Program-made: the position numbers and the translations under genes | Notes under the pieces: model-generated | What the model saw: the letters and a program-made list of their open reading frames with translations, nothing else | Database searches by the model: none | What the model was told of the DNA's origin: nothing | Shown here: positions 17,943-27,185 of the stretch, piece after piece | Layout: the number at the start of each line of letters is the position of its first letter | Position numbering within the stretch: the first letter of the stretch is position 1 | From: an uncultured Solirubrobacteraceae bacterium | GTDB taxonomy: Bacteria; Actinomycetota; Thermoleophilia; Solirubrobacterales; Solirubrobacteraceae | Assembly: GCA_964588985.1 (NCBI GenBank) | Contig: CAZPQW010000003.1 | Location: 32,001 to 96,000, forward strand | Reading direction: 5' to 3' | Length of the DNA stretch: 64,000 nt

Positions 17943-20195
17943 ATGGGAAGTGCATCTGGAAGTGGAGCTATGACATGGAGTCTTAATGTGAGCGTTTGTC
18001 AAGAGCTAGGACGCACGCGAAAAGTTGTAAGTATTCGTATCGGTTTGTGGGTACTAGCGGCGACGCTATGCCTGATTGGGATCGGCGGGATGGATTGGGG
18101 AGCTCAGCCTGCGAACGCTGCTGAATGTGCTAACGAATCATTGCGAGATGCTCAAGCCGCGACGTTCCTTCCTGACTGCCGGGCCTTCGAGCTGGTCAGT
18201 CCGTCGGAAGGTACTCCACATCTCCAGGGGGGCGAAAGTTTTCATCGCGGCGCGCGAGCGGCGACCGCGGGTGGCGGTATCGGATGGTTCTCGTTCTATC
18301 CGCTCTCAGGCTCTCTAGGAGGCGAGTCCTACAGTATTTCCACTCGAAAGTCGGATGGCTGGGCTACCGAACCAGTTGGGCCACGGCTCTCGCCGACGAC
18401 CAGCGCTTTCCCAGAATGCCGCCCAACGATGCTTTTTTCGGCTGATCTGTCCAAGACACTCCTTACAGATGGATTTGCCTCGCCAGGATCTGAACAGCAC
18501 GCCGTATATCAGTGCCCGGGCAATAATCCGGCGTTGGTGCCTGGAGAACCCGAAGGCTTTCAAAATGTGCTCGTCAGAGACAGCGCTAGTGGTTTGTACT
18601 CTCTCGCTAACATCACTCCGACAGGGGTGACACCAGGCGACGCATGGTTCCAGGGCGCCTCGGATGATTTCAGTCACGTGGTGTTCGAAGATGGGGCTAA
18701 ACTGATTGAATCCGCGCCTGTCGGCGCAAGCCTGTACGAGTGGGCATCCGGTGCTGTGAGCTTGGTAACCGTTTTGCCGAATGGCACACCGACCGTTGGC
18801 GTCTCTCCAAATGCCTTCCGGGGAGGAGCTTTCCCTGGTACAGCCCAGATCACCCATCCCGTGTCGGCCAATGGAACCCGAGTGGTGTTCGAAACTGAAG
18901 GAAAACTGTTTTTGCGCGAGAATGTCGAGCAGAAACAGGAAAGCGCTCGCGGTCTGGAAGGCAAATGTCTGGAAAGCGAAAAGGCGTGTACGGTTCAGCT
19001 CGACGTCTCTGAAGTTGGAGGTTCTGGGGGCGGCGGCTCCTTTCTGGCGGCCAATGCAAGCGACACCCGCATCTTCTTTACTGATAACGCCAACGCTAAG
19101 TTGACTGCCGATACGAATGCGGGTAGTGGCCAGCATCTTTATGAATATGATACGCATACGAGTCAACTTAATGATCTAACACCAGAGGGCGATCTCGGTC
19201 TCAATGGATTGAGCGGGATCAGTGATGACGGATCGTATTTGTACGTCGTGGCGCAAGCCGCGCTTATAGCGGGAGCGAACGCAGGCAGTCCCAATCTTTA
19301 CGTGTTCCATGAAGGCATACCGCAACTTATTGCGACCCTTTCAGCGAGCCAGGAAGACGCACGTGATTGGACGCTAAACGAACTCACGGCGCGGGTATCG
19401 TCAAATGGGCGCTACATCGGCTTTAACTCGACCGAACGGCTCACGGGATACGACAATACCCCTGCACGAGGCTTGGACTGCGAAATTGGCGGATTTACGG
19501 CGCCTTGTCTTGAGATATTTCTTTACGATGCGACTCAGAAGGAACTCCACTGCGTGTCGTGTTCTCCAGGTGGCGCGCGTCCGACGGCGCCTGCGGAACT
19601 CCCGCGAATCGAGGCATCAAGCGACAGCTGGGGACAGGGTTACCTAGAGCGTAACGTTGTTGATGACGGACGTGTCTTCTTTGATACCGCAAATCCCCTC
19701 CTTGTTGGGGCGGGGAATGACGTCAGCAACGTATATGAGTATGTGGGAGGGCATCTGAGCCTGATTTCGAGCGGGACGAGCGAAGCCAACTCGTTCTTCT
19801 ACGATGCGAGCTCAAGCGGCAGTGATATCTTCTTTGCCACGACACAACATCTGGTGCAGGGCGACACCGGTGATGGGATGCGTCTGTATGACGCGCGTGT
19901 TGAAGGTGGCTTTTCTGAACCAGAGGTTCCTGCCCCTTGTGGTGGCGAAGGTTGTAGGGCATCGGAAGGGGGCGTAGTCGCCTTGCCGCCTCTGCAGACA
20001 ACAGGTTTGCAGGACTCGGGGAATCTCCCGCTGCCAGAGCACACAGTGGCCGCGACACGTAGGCAGAAGTTTGAACGAGCGCTGCACGCATGCCAGCGGA
20101 GGAAGAGTAAGCGTAAGCGGGTTGTCTGCATGCGTCGTGCACGCAGGCGTTATGGAGCCCGTGCATCTGGCGCTATGTCTGGGGTTGGCAAGTGA
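17943..20195 (+). CDS. secreted TolB/WD40-like beta-propeller protein with basic C-terminal tail (cassette B gene 2); start uncertain (17919-17970)
   Basis: LPDCRAFELVSP N-motif; repeated S-x-D/N-G-x-x-V-x-F blades (SDDFSHVVF, SANGTRVVF, SDDGSYLY, SSNGRYIGF); tail RALHAC...C.RRARRRYG. Confidence 0.8.
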   Translation: MGSASGSGAMTWSLNVSVCQELGRTRKVVSIRIGLWVLAATLCLIGIGGMDWGAQPANAAECANESLRDAQAATFLPDCRAFELVSPSEGTPHLQGGESFHRGARAATAGGGIGWFSFYPLSGSLGGESYSISTRKSDGWATEPVGPRLSPTTSAFPECRPTMLFSADLSKTLLTDGFASPGSEQHAVYQCPGNNPALVPGEPEGFQNVLVRDSASGLYSLANITPTGVTPGDAWFQGASDDFSHVVFEDGAKLIESAPVGASLYEWASGAVSLVTVLPNGTPTVGVSPNAFRGGAFPGTAQITHPVSANGTRVVFETEGKLFLRENVEQKQESARGLEGKCLESEKACTVQLDVSEVGGSGGGGSFLAANASDTRIFFTDNANAKLTADTNAGSGQHLYEYDTHTSQLNDLTPEGDLGLNGLSGISDDGSYLYVVAQAALIAGANAGSPNLYVFHEGIPQLIATLSASQEDARDWTLNELTARVSSNGRYIGFNSTERLTGYDNTPARGLDCEIGGFTAPCLEIFLYDATQKELHCVSCSPGGARPTAPAELPRIEASSDSWGQGYLERNVVDDGRVFFDTANPLLVGAGNDVSNVYEYVGGHLSLISSGTSEANSFFYDASSSGSDIFFATTQHLVQGDTGDGMRLYDARVEGGFSEPEVPAPCGGEGCRASEGGVVALPPLQTTGLQDSGNLPLPEHTVAATRRQKFERALHACQRRKSKRKRVVCMRRARRRYGARASGAMSGVGK

Positions 20196-23100
20196 GCACG
20201 CGCGACTATCCCTATTTGGTTGAGTGTTGGAAGCGCGGAGAGGATATGGGTATGAAGGAACACGGCAGCAACAGAATTTACGAAAAAACGATCACGCGTG
20301 TTGGCCGCGGTATTGCGGTCGCTATAGCGGCTATCGTACTCGCATCGCTCGCGATGGTCATTGACGATTCGGCCGCACTGGCTGCCCAGGTCCACTCAGT
20401 ACTCTCGACCGAATTTGAAGCTGGTGGCGTGTTTCCACTCGGGCTGGCGGTGGATAACTCCTCAAGTGTGTCGACGGGTGATGTGTACGTCACCGACTTG
20501 TTTAGCGCCGGTGTGAAGAAGTTCGATGGATCCGGAGCGTATCTGCCGCCACCGATCACCGGCATTTCGGAAGCTGTCCCGTTCTCTGGCGGCTTCGGCT
20601 TTAGGGCGCAAAACGCAGTGGACGGGAGCGGTGATCTCTTTGTAGCCGACTCAGGTGCGCATGCCGTAGACGAGTTTGGTCCCATGGGCGAATACAGACC
20701 ACCGCAGATCGCGCTCCCCAATGGTGATGAACCAGTCGCTGTGGCAGTAGATGGATCTGGTAGTGTGATCATTGCGACCGCAAAGACTATTTATAAATAT
20801 GACCCAGGTATCTCGAAACTGAGCGTCTTTGCCGAAGAAGCAAGCGAAGGCGAATTCGGAGAAGTAGATGGCGTCGCGGTAGATGATAATCCCGCTAGTT
20901 CGGCGTTTGGTGACGTATACGTCACCGACAATGGGAGGGGCAGTGTCGATGTCTTCGACTCCACCGGGACGTATCAGTCACGGCTGACCGGGCCTCCAGG
21001 CGGCTCCTTTGGCTCGGTCTTCTTTTTCCGCGATGCGGTTGATCCAAAGACGGGTGATCTTTATGTGACCGGCGAAGGCGCGGTTGACGAGTTCGCTCCG
21101 ACGGGGACGTTCGTCTCCCGGATTGCGATCCCAGAAGGAGGGTCTGCAGCAAGCGTCGGGATAGATGCGAAGACGGGAGATCTGTACGTTGCAGATCTTG
21201 AACTCGGGCGAATTGACGTATTTGGGCCACTCATTACGATTCCTGACGTGAGTAGCGATCCCGCGTCTAGTGAGCAGACGACGAGCGCAACCGTGAACGG
21301 GCAGGTTGACCCCGCTGGAGGCAGTGATGTGACCTCGTGTGAGATCGAATACGGCACAACGGAATCGTATGGCGAAACGGCGCCGTGCTCTCCAGCGACG
21401 CCTTACTCAGGGGTGACCAAAGTGAGCACGAACGTTAGCGGGCTAGCCCCTGACACCGTATATCACTTTCGGCTTGTGGCACACAACGCGAACAATGTCA
21501 ATAGCGCCAGTAACGATGCGACGTTTGAAACGAGAGGGCCGGCTAGCATCGGCGAAGAGTCCGCGAGTAGTACCACGCAGACGAGTACACTGCTGCATGC
21601 TCATATTAATCCTCATGGTTTCGCGACGAAATATCGCTTCGAATATGGCACAACCACCGGATATGGTTTTAGCGTGCCTGTGCCTGATGCCGAAGTGGAA
21701 GCGAGCATGACGGAAAGGCCAGTTAGTGTGGAAGTCGTAGGTCTTGAGCTTAGTACTGAATACCATTACAGGTTCGTCGCGGAAAGTGAAGCAGGCGTCG
21801 TCGAAGGGCCCGATAGCACGTTCGTGACGACCCCAGCTGCTGCAGTCGAAGGCCTATCAGCGCTTGCTGATCCTCATGATGCGGTACTTAGGGCCAAGGT
21901 CGAAGATTTTGGCGCTCCGAGCGAATGTGTGGTGGAATACGTCACCGACGCGCGGTTTGTGAGCACTGGCTATTCTAGTCCAGCCGTTGCGGGGTGTAAG
22001 CCGCAGACTCTCGCTGGCGAAGGGCGGACGCTGCAGGCGATCGCCCGGCTGTCAGGACTGAGCGCGAACACGGTCTACCACTACCGGTATTTCATTAGGA
22101 ATGAATTTGGCGAAGCGCGAACTCCTGACGAACGGTTTGTCACGTTCGGGCTTGCGGCATTTGCGCTCGAAGCTAGCGACTCCGAAGCACATCCTTACAC
22201 ACAGGCGGGCGGGCATCCGTATATGCTCACCACGAACATCACCCTGAACACTAACGTCGACCACGTAGGGGGCGGGGAAGGGGCTGCAGGTACGGTTAAG
22301 GATATTCGCGTACATCTTCCAGCGGGCCTGATCGGTAACCCGCAGGCAGTACCGCAGTGCACCCGCTATGACTCCGAACGCCAGAACTGCAGCGCTGCCG
22401 CTGAGATCGGGCTCATGACGGTCAAGCTTATCGGTTATGGGGCCGAATCATTGACTGCGCCATTGTTCAATGTTGTGCCGCGGCGTGGTGTAGCGGCAGA
22501 GTTCAGTGCGCGCTTCAGCAAAGTCGCGAGCGCGTTTATCGTTGGTAGTGTGCGCACCGGGTTTGATTATGGCATCGACGCGGATAGCCTGAATATCGCC
22601 ACGGTCGAGCCTGTAGGGGGAGCCGAAGTGCGGATTTGGGGTGTTCCGGCGGATCCGAGTCACAATGATGAACGACACTGTCCGTCGGGCACTGAACAAT
22701 ATAAAGCGCCTCCGTGTGAAACCAATGCGCCGTTGCGTCCGTTCTTGACGAATCCGACGTCGTGTTCGGCAGAACCACTTGTGACAAGTGTTGAAGCGGA
22801 CACGTATCAGGCGCCAGGCGAGTTCGCGGAGCTTGACACAGCAATGCCAGGCATGACGGGCTGCGACCGCCTGCACTTCACACCCAGGATCTCGGTGCAG
22901 CCGGAAGCGAGCGCGGCTGATTCCCCTACTGGCTCGCATGTCGATCTTCATATCCCGCAGGAAGAAAGCGCTGCTGGTCTAGCGGAGGCCGACTTGAAGG
23001 ATGCGACGGTTGTGCTACCGAAGGGGTTGGCGGTCAATCCGGCGAGCGCGAACGGCCTGGCTGGTTGTTCTGAGGCTCAGATTGAACTGGACGGGCCGGC

Positions 23101-24811
23101 ACCGGCGAGTTGTCTGGATGCATCGAAGGTCGGGACTGTTGAACTGGTGAGTCCGCTTGTGAATCATCCGTTGCTGGGTGCGGTGTATATCGCGAAGCAG
23201 GGTAACGGTGGTCCGGGGCAGGGCTCGAACAAGTTCGGGTCGCTCATTGCTCTATATATTGCGATCGACGATCCGCAGACTGGTGTGGTCGTGAAGCTGG
23301 CGGGAAGGGTCACGCTCGACCCCGCGACGGGTCAGTTGACGACGACGTTCAACGAAAACCCGCAGCTGCCGTTTGAAGACCTTAAGCTGGACTTCTTCGG
23401 TGGTCCGCGTGCGGCACTCCAGACGCCAGCGGCGTGTGGCTCGTACACGGAAGGGAGCGCCTCATTTGCTTCGTGGGCTGAGCCTGGTGTGGCTGTGACT
23501 GCGGGTTTGCAGCCATTCGCTGTCACGTCTGGCCCTGGTGGCTCGCCGTGCCCCTCTGGTGCGTTCGCGCCGGGGTTCACGGCCGGTACCGAGTCGGGCC
23601 AGGCCGGAGCGTTCACGCCCTTCGCGCTGTCGTTCTCGCGTCAAGACGGCGAACAGGGTTTGAGTGGGCTTGAAGCGACGCTGGCTCCGGGCTTGTTGGC
23701 GAAGCTTGCTGGCGTCCCGCTGTGTGGCTCGACGGAAGCCGTGGCGGGGACGTGCCCCGCGGCGTCTGAGATCGGGACGGTGACGGCGGAGGCTGGTGCT
23801 GGCTCGGATCCGGTGTCGGTGAAGGGCCATGTGTATCTGACGGGCTCGTATAACGGCGGTCCATTTGGCGAGGTCGTCGAGGTCCCGGCGGTCGCGGGCC
23901 CGTTCAACCTGGGCACGGTCGTGGTGCGTGGCTCGATCCGGATCAACCCCACCACAGCACAGGCCACGGTCGTCTCGGATCCGTTCCCGACAATGCTCTC
24001 GGGTGAGGGCGCTGGTGTCCCGGTGACGCTGAAGCGGGTCTTGGTGACGCTCGACCGTCCAGGATTCACGTTCAACCCGACCGACTGCAACCAGCTTGCG
24101 GTTACCGGGAAGCTCACGGGTACGGGCGGCGCGAGCGCGTCGGTATCGGCGCCGTTCCAGGTCACCAACTGCGCGAAGCTTCCGTTCAAGCCGACGTTCT
24201 CGGTCTCGACGCAGGCTAAGAGCAGCAAAGCCGGTGGGGCGTCTCTGCGCGTGAAGATCACCTCCAGGTCGGGGCAGGCGAACCTGTCGAAGATCAAGGT
24301 TGCTCTGCCAAAGCAGCTCCCGTCGAGGTTCTCAACGCTTCAGAAAGCCTGTCTGGCGGCGGTGTTCGAAGCGAACCCGGCCTCGTGCCCCGCTGGGTCG
24401 CTGGTCGGGACCGCAAGAGCGGTAACGCCGCTGCTGAAGACCCCGTTCACGGGCCCGGCGTATCTGGTGTCGCATGGCAGCGCGGGGACCCCGGATCTCG
24501 AGCTGGTGCTTCAGAGCGAAGGTGTCACGCTGATCCAGGACGGCAAGACGAAGATCAAGAACGGCATCACCACGAGCACGTTCAATACGATCCCCGACGC
24601 GCCGATCTCCACGATCGAACTGACACTCCCAGAGGGCCCGCACTCGGCGCTCGCCAGCTTCCTAGCCCCGAAAGCGAAATACAGCATGTGCGGGCAGAAG
24701 CTCCTGATGCCGACCCAGATCACCGGCCAAAACGGCGCCTTCATCGAAAAGACCACAAAGATCGCCGTCGCGGGCTGCCCGAAGAAACACAAGGCCAAGA
24801 AGAAGGGCTAG
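20192..24811 (+). CDS. large secreted protein: NHL-like propeller + 3 FN3-like domains + four Cys-containing repeats (cassette B gene 3)
   Basis: AVD..GDVYVTD repeats; SAT.NG.V.P...EYGTT..YG / Y(H)FR domains; LP.G..NP..C..C...IG repeats; Lys-rich end. Confidence 0.85.
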   Translation: MSTRDYPYLVECWKRGEDMGMKEHGSNRIYEKTITRVGRGIAVAIAAIVLASLAMVIDDSAALAAQVHSVLSTEFEAGGVFPLGLAVDNSSSVSTGDVYVTDLFSAGVKKFDGSGAYLPPPITGISEAVPFSGGFGFRAQNAVDGSGDLFVADSGAHAVDEFGPMGEYRPPQIALPNGDEPVAVAVDGSGSVIIATAKTIYKYDPGISKLSVFAEEASEGEFGEVDGVAVDDNPASSAFGDVYVTDNGRGSVDVFDSTGTYQSRLTGPPGGSFGSVFFFRDAVDPKTGDLYVTGEGAVDEFAPTGTFVSRIAIPEGGSAASVGIDAKTGDLYVADLELGRIDVFGPLITIPDVSSDPASSEQTTSATVNGQVDPAGGSDVTSCEIEYGTTESYGETAPCSPATPYSGVTKVSTNVSGLAPDTVYHFRLVAHNANNVNSASNDATFETRGPASIGEESASSTTQTSTLLHAHINPHGFATKYRFEYGTTTGYGFSVPVPDAEVEASMTERPVSVEVVGLELSTEYHYRFVAESEAGVVEGPDSTFVTTPAAAVEGLSALADPHDAVLRAKVEDFGAPSECVVEYVTDARFVSTGYSSPAVAGCKPQTLAGEGRTLQAIARLSGLSANTVYHYRYFIRNEFGEARTPDERFVTFGLAAFALEASDSEAHPYTQAGGHPYMLTTNITLNTNVDHVGGGEGAAGTVKDIRVHLPAGLIGNPQAVPQCTRYDSERQNCSAAAEIGLMTVKLIGYGAESLTAPLFNVVPRRGVAAEFSARFSKVASAFIVGSVRTGFDYGIDADSLNIATVEPVGGAEVRIWGVPADPSHNDERHCPSGTEQYKAPPCETNAPLRPFLTNPTSCSAEPLVTSVEADTYQAPGEFAELDTAMPGMTGCDRLHFTPRISVQPEASAADSPTGSHVDLHIPQEESAAGLAEADLKDATVVLPKGLAVNPASANGLAGCSEAQIELDGPAPASCLDASKVGTVELVSPLVNHPLLGAVYIAKQGNGGPGQGSNKFGSLIALYIAIDDPQTGVVVKLAGRVTLDPATGQLTTTFNENPQLPFEDLKLDFFGGPRAALQTPAACGSYTEGSASFASWAEPGVAVTAGLQPFAVTSGPGGSPCPSGAFAPGFTAGTESGQAGAFTPFALSFSRQDGEQGLSGLEATLAPGLLAKLAGVPLCGSTEAVAGTCPAASEIGTVTAEAGAGSDPVSVKGHVYLTGSYNGGPFGEVVEVPAVAGPFNLGTVVVRGSIRINPTTAQATVVSDPFPTMLSGEGAGVPVTLKRVLVTLDRPGFTFNPTDCNQLAVTGKLTGTGGASASVSAPFQVTNCAKLPFKPTFSVSTQAKSSKAGGASLRVKITSRSGQANLSKIKVALPKQLPSRFSTLQKACLAAVFEANPASCPAGSLVGTARAVTPLLKTPFTGPAYLVSHGSAGTPDLELVLQSEGVTLIQDGKTKIKNGITTSTFNTIPDAPISTIELTLPEGPHSALASFLAPKAKYSMCGQKLLMPTQITGQNGAFIEKTTKIAVAGCPKKHKAKKKG

Positions 24812-24918
24812 AAGGCCCGAGCAAGCATTCCGAGATGGCACGGAGGGGGTTCGGCGCCGGGAGCTGCAACAGGTCGATGGCCTGTCCGCAGCGCCTCGGC
24901 GCCGACTACCCTCACCCC

Positions 24919-25629
24919 ATGTGCGGCCGCTACACCAACACCAAGGGCCCTGAAGAACTGAACGAACGCTTCAGGGTCCCGATCGCGGGCGACGCGGGCA
25001 CCCGGCGCTTCAACATCGCACCCACCGAAGAGGTGCTGGCGATCGTCTCGCCCAAGGGCGAGCCCGAGGCGCGGCTGCTGCGCTGGGGCCTGATACCGCC
25101 GTGGGCGAAGGACCTGAAGAGCGCGGGGAACACGATCAACGCGCGGATGGAGACCGTCACGACGCGGCCCGCGTATCGCTCCCTGATCCCGAAGGGCTCG
25201 CGCCGTGCGCTGCAGCTCGCGGACGGCTACTTCGAGTGGATCAAACCGGAGAAGCGCAGCGAGCCTCGTCAGCCGTTCTTCTTCCAGGTCGACGGCGGCG
25301 TACCGTTCGCGTTCGCCGCGCTGTGGACGCCCGCGAAGATCGACGGCGAGTGGATCGAGAGCATCACATTGCTCACGTGCGACTCCGCGCCGAACCGCAC
25401 CGCCGCGGCGATCCACGACCGCATGCCCGTGATCCTCGCCGACCGCGACGCGCAGCTGGCGTGGCTCAACCACAGCCTCGGGGCGGAGGACGCGCTGGCG
25501 CTGTGTGGAGCGCTGCCCGCCGAGCGGCTGTCGGCGCGGCCGGCGAACCCCGCGGTCAACAAGGCCGGGGGCGCGCCCGAGGGGCCCGAGCTGCTCAGCC
25601 CGCCAGCCAGCGCCGCGGGTTCTCCTTGA
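24919..25629 (+). CDS. SOS response-associated peptidase (SRAP/YedK/HMCES)
   Basis: N-terminal MCGRY; FNIAPT; WGLIP; INARMET; IHDRMPVIL. Confidence 0.95.
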   Translation: MCGRYTNTKGPEELNERFRVPIAGDAGTRRFNIAPTEEVLAIVSPKGEPEARLLRWGLIPPWAKDLKSAGNTINARMETVTTRPAYRSLIPKGSRRALQLADGYFEWIKPEKRSEPRQPFFFQVDGGVPFAFAALWTPAKIDGEWIESITLLTCDSAPNRTAAAIHDRMPVILADRDAQLAWLNHSLGAEDALALCGALPAERLSARPANPAVNKAGGAPEGPELLSPPASAAGSP

Positions 25630-26554
25630 AGATCGTCGCGAACACCGCGTCGTCCATCACGCCGAGATCGCGCAGCGCCGGCACGACCTCGTCGAACACG
25701 AGCGTCATCGACCAGTTGCGGATCGCGCCCGCGGCGGTGAACATCTCCTCGGCCTCCGGCGGGAACCAGTCGATCGTGGCGCAGTAGTCCTGGGAGATCA
25801 TCAGCCGCTCGGCGTGCCCGCGGCGCAGCAGCTCGGCCGCGACCGCGTTGCGCTTGTCGATCGGCAGGTACATCTCCAGGCCATAGCGGTCCAGTCCCAC
25901 GTACACGCCCTTCGCGAGCAGTCCCTCGATGTAGTCGAGGTCCTCGCTGTCGCCGCAGTGGGCGATCTGCACGCGCGTGAGGTCCACTCCCTCCTCCTCG
26001 AAGATCTCCACCTGCCGCGGACCGGTCGCGACGGCGGGCATCGAGTGGGCCATGATCGGCGCGCCCGTCTGCACGCTCGCGCGCGCGACCGCGCGGTGGA
26101 TCTTCTCGACGTTCTCGGTCACGCCGGCCGCGTCGGCTGCGCACTTGAGGAACGCCGCCTTGATGTCCGTCCCCTGGATACCCGTCTCGATGTCCGAGAC
26201 GAAGTGCTCGGCCATCACGTCGACGTCGCGGTTGGCGAAGTAGTGGGGGAGGTAGTCGTAGCTGTAGATGCCCGTGCACGCCACGATCCGCACGCCACTC
26301 TCATCCGCGACGCGCTTCATGAAGCGCACGTCGCGCCCTCCGAACATCGCGGTCGGGTCGACGATGCTCTGCACGCCTTTCGCCTTCGCCGCACCAACCG
26401 CCTCGAGCGCCGCGTCGAGCTCCCCCTGCTCGTCGTAGCGTCCGGGCCACTCCGCGGCGACAGCCTCGTCACGGAAGCGCACGTGCTCGTGCGCGAGCGT
26501 CACACCCAGCTCGCCTGCGTCGATCGCTCCCTGCACCGTCTCCACGCTCGCCAT
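25595..26554 (-). CDS. phosphotriesterase-related amidohydrolase
   Basis: GVTLAHEH; LKCAAD; IMAHS; IAHCGD; ISQD. Confidence 0.92.
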   Translation of the reverse strand: MASVETVQGAIDAGELGVTLAHEHVRFRDEAVAAEWPGRYDEQGELDAALEAVGAAKAKGVQSIVDPTAMFGGRDVRFMKRVADESGVRIVACTGIYSYDYLPHYFANRDVDVMAEHFVSDIETGIQGTDIKAAFLKCAADAAGVTENVEKIHRAVARASVQTGAPIMAHSMPAVATGPRQVEIFEEEGVDLTRVQIAHCGDSEDLDYIEGLLAKGVYVGLDRYGLEMYLPIDKRNAVAAELLRRGHAERLMISQDYCATIDWFPPEAEEMFTAAGAIRNWSMTLVFDEVVPALRDLGVMDDAVFATIFKENPRRWLAG

Positions 26555-26597
26555 CGAGTCCCCTCGCTATCGAAAGCTGTTTACAAAAGACTACCCC

Positions 26598-27140
26598 TCA
26601 GGTCGCGAAGTGCTTGCCCGCGATCTGCTCGATCGTGCCCTTCGTCCGGATCGTGATCGCACCCAGCAGGCGCTCGATCGCCTTCAGGTCGAGATCCGAG
26701 TCAGACATCCCGCCCGATGGCAGCCAGTAGAGCTCGCGCTCGCCGAAAACCAGCCTGTCCGCGTCGCTCTCCAGCGCCAGTACCGCCCTGCGGTCGGCTG
26801 CCGAGGGACGCGCGCCCAGCAGCGCGACCTGGAGTTTGCCGGTCGATGCCTCCACGTGCGCGCGCTCGAACGGCTCCGTGTCGGCGATCTCGCGCACCTC
26901 GCCGGCGGCGCGGATGAACGTGGGGACGGCGTAGCCGAGCGCCTCCTCGAGCCCCTGCTCGATGCGTGTCGCGACCGTCTCGTCGGGTTGATCCTTCCCG
27001 GCGAAGATCACGTTGCCGCTGGCGCGGAAGCTCGCCACCTCAGCGAAGCCCATCGCGGTGAAGTGCGCGCACAGCTCGAAGTTCGTGAGACGGTGCCCAC
27101 CGACGTTCATGCCGCGCAGGAACGCTGCGTAGAGAGCCAC
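26598..27140 (-). CDS. DUF1697 domain protein
   Basis: YAAFLRGMNVGGH...SFRASGNVIF. Confidence 0.88.
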   Translation of the reverse strand: MALYAAFLRGMNVGGHRLTNFELCAHFTAMGFAEVASFRASGNVIFAGKDQPDETVATRIEQGLEEALGYAVPTFIRAAGEVREIADTEPFERAHVEASTGKLQVALLGARPSAADRRAVLALESDADRLVFGERELYWLPSGGMSDSDLDLKAIERLLGAITIRTKGTIEQIAGKHFAT

Positions 27141-27185
27141 GGCGATGAGCGTAGCCGAGCGGGTCGCGGCGGCGAGGGGAGAAGC

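Noticed and set aside
24385-24918. N-terminal extension of the SRAP ORF
   Set aside because: SRAP needs Cys2 at the N-terminus (MCGRY at 24919); the extension overlaps the cassette gene in another frame
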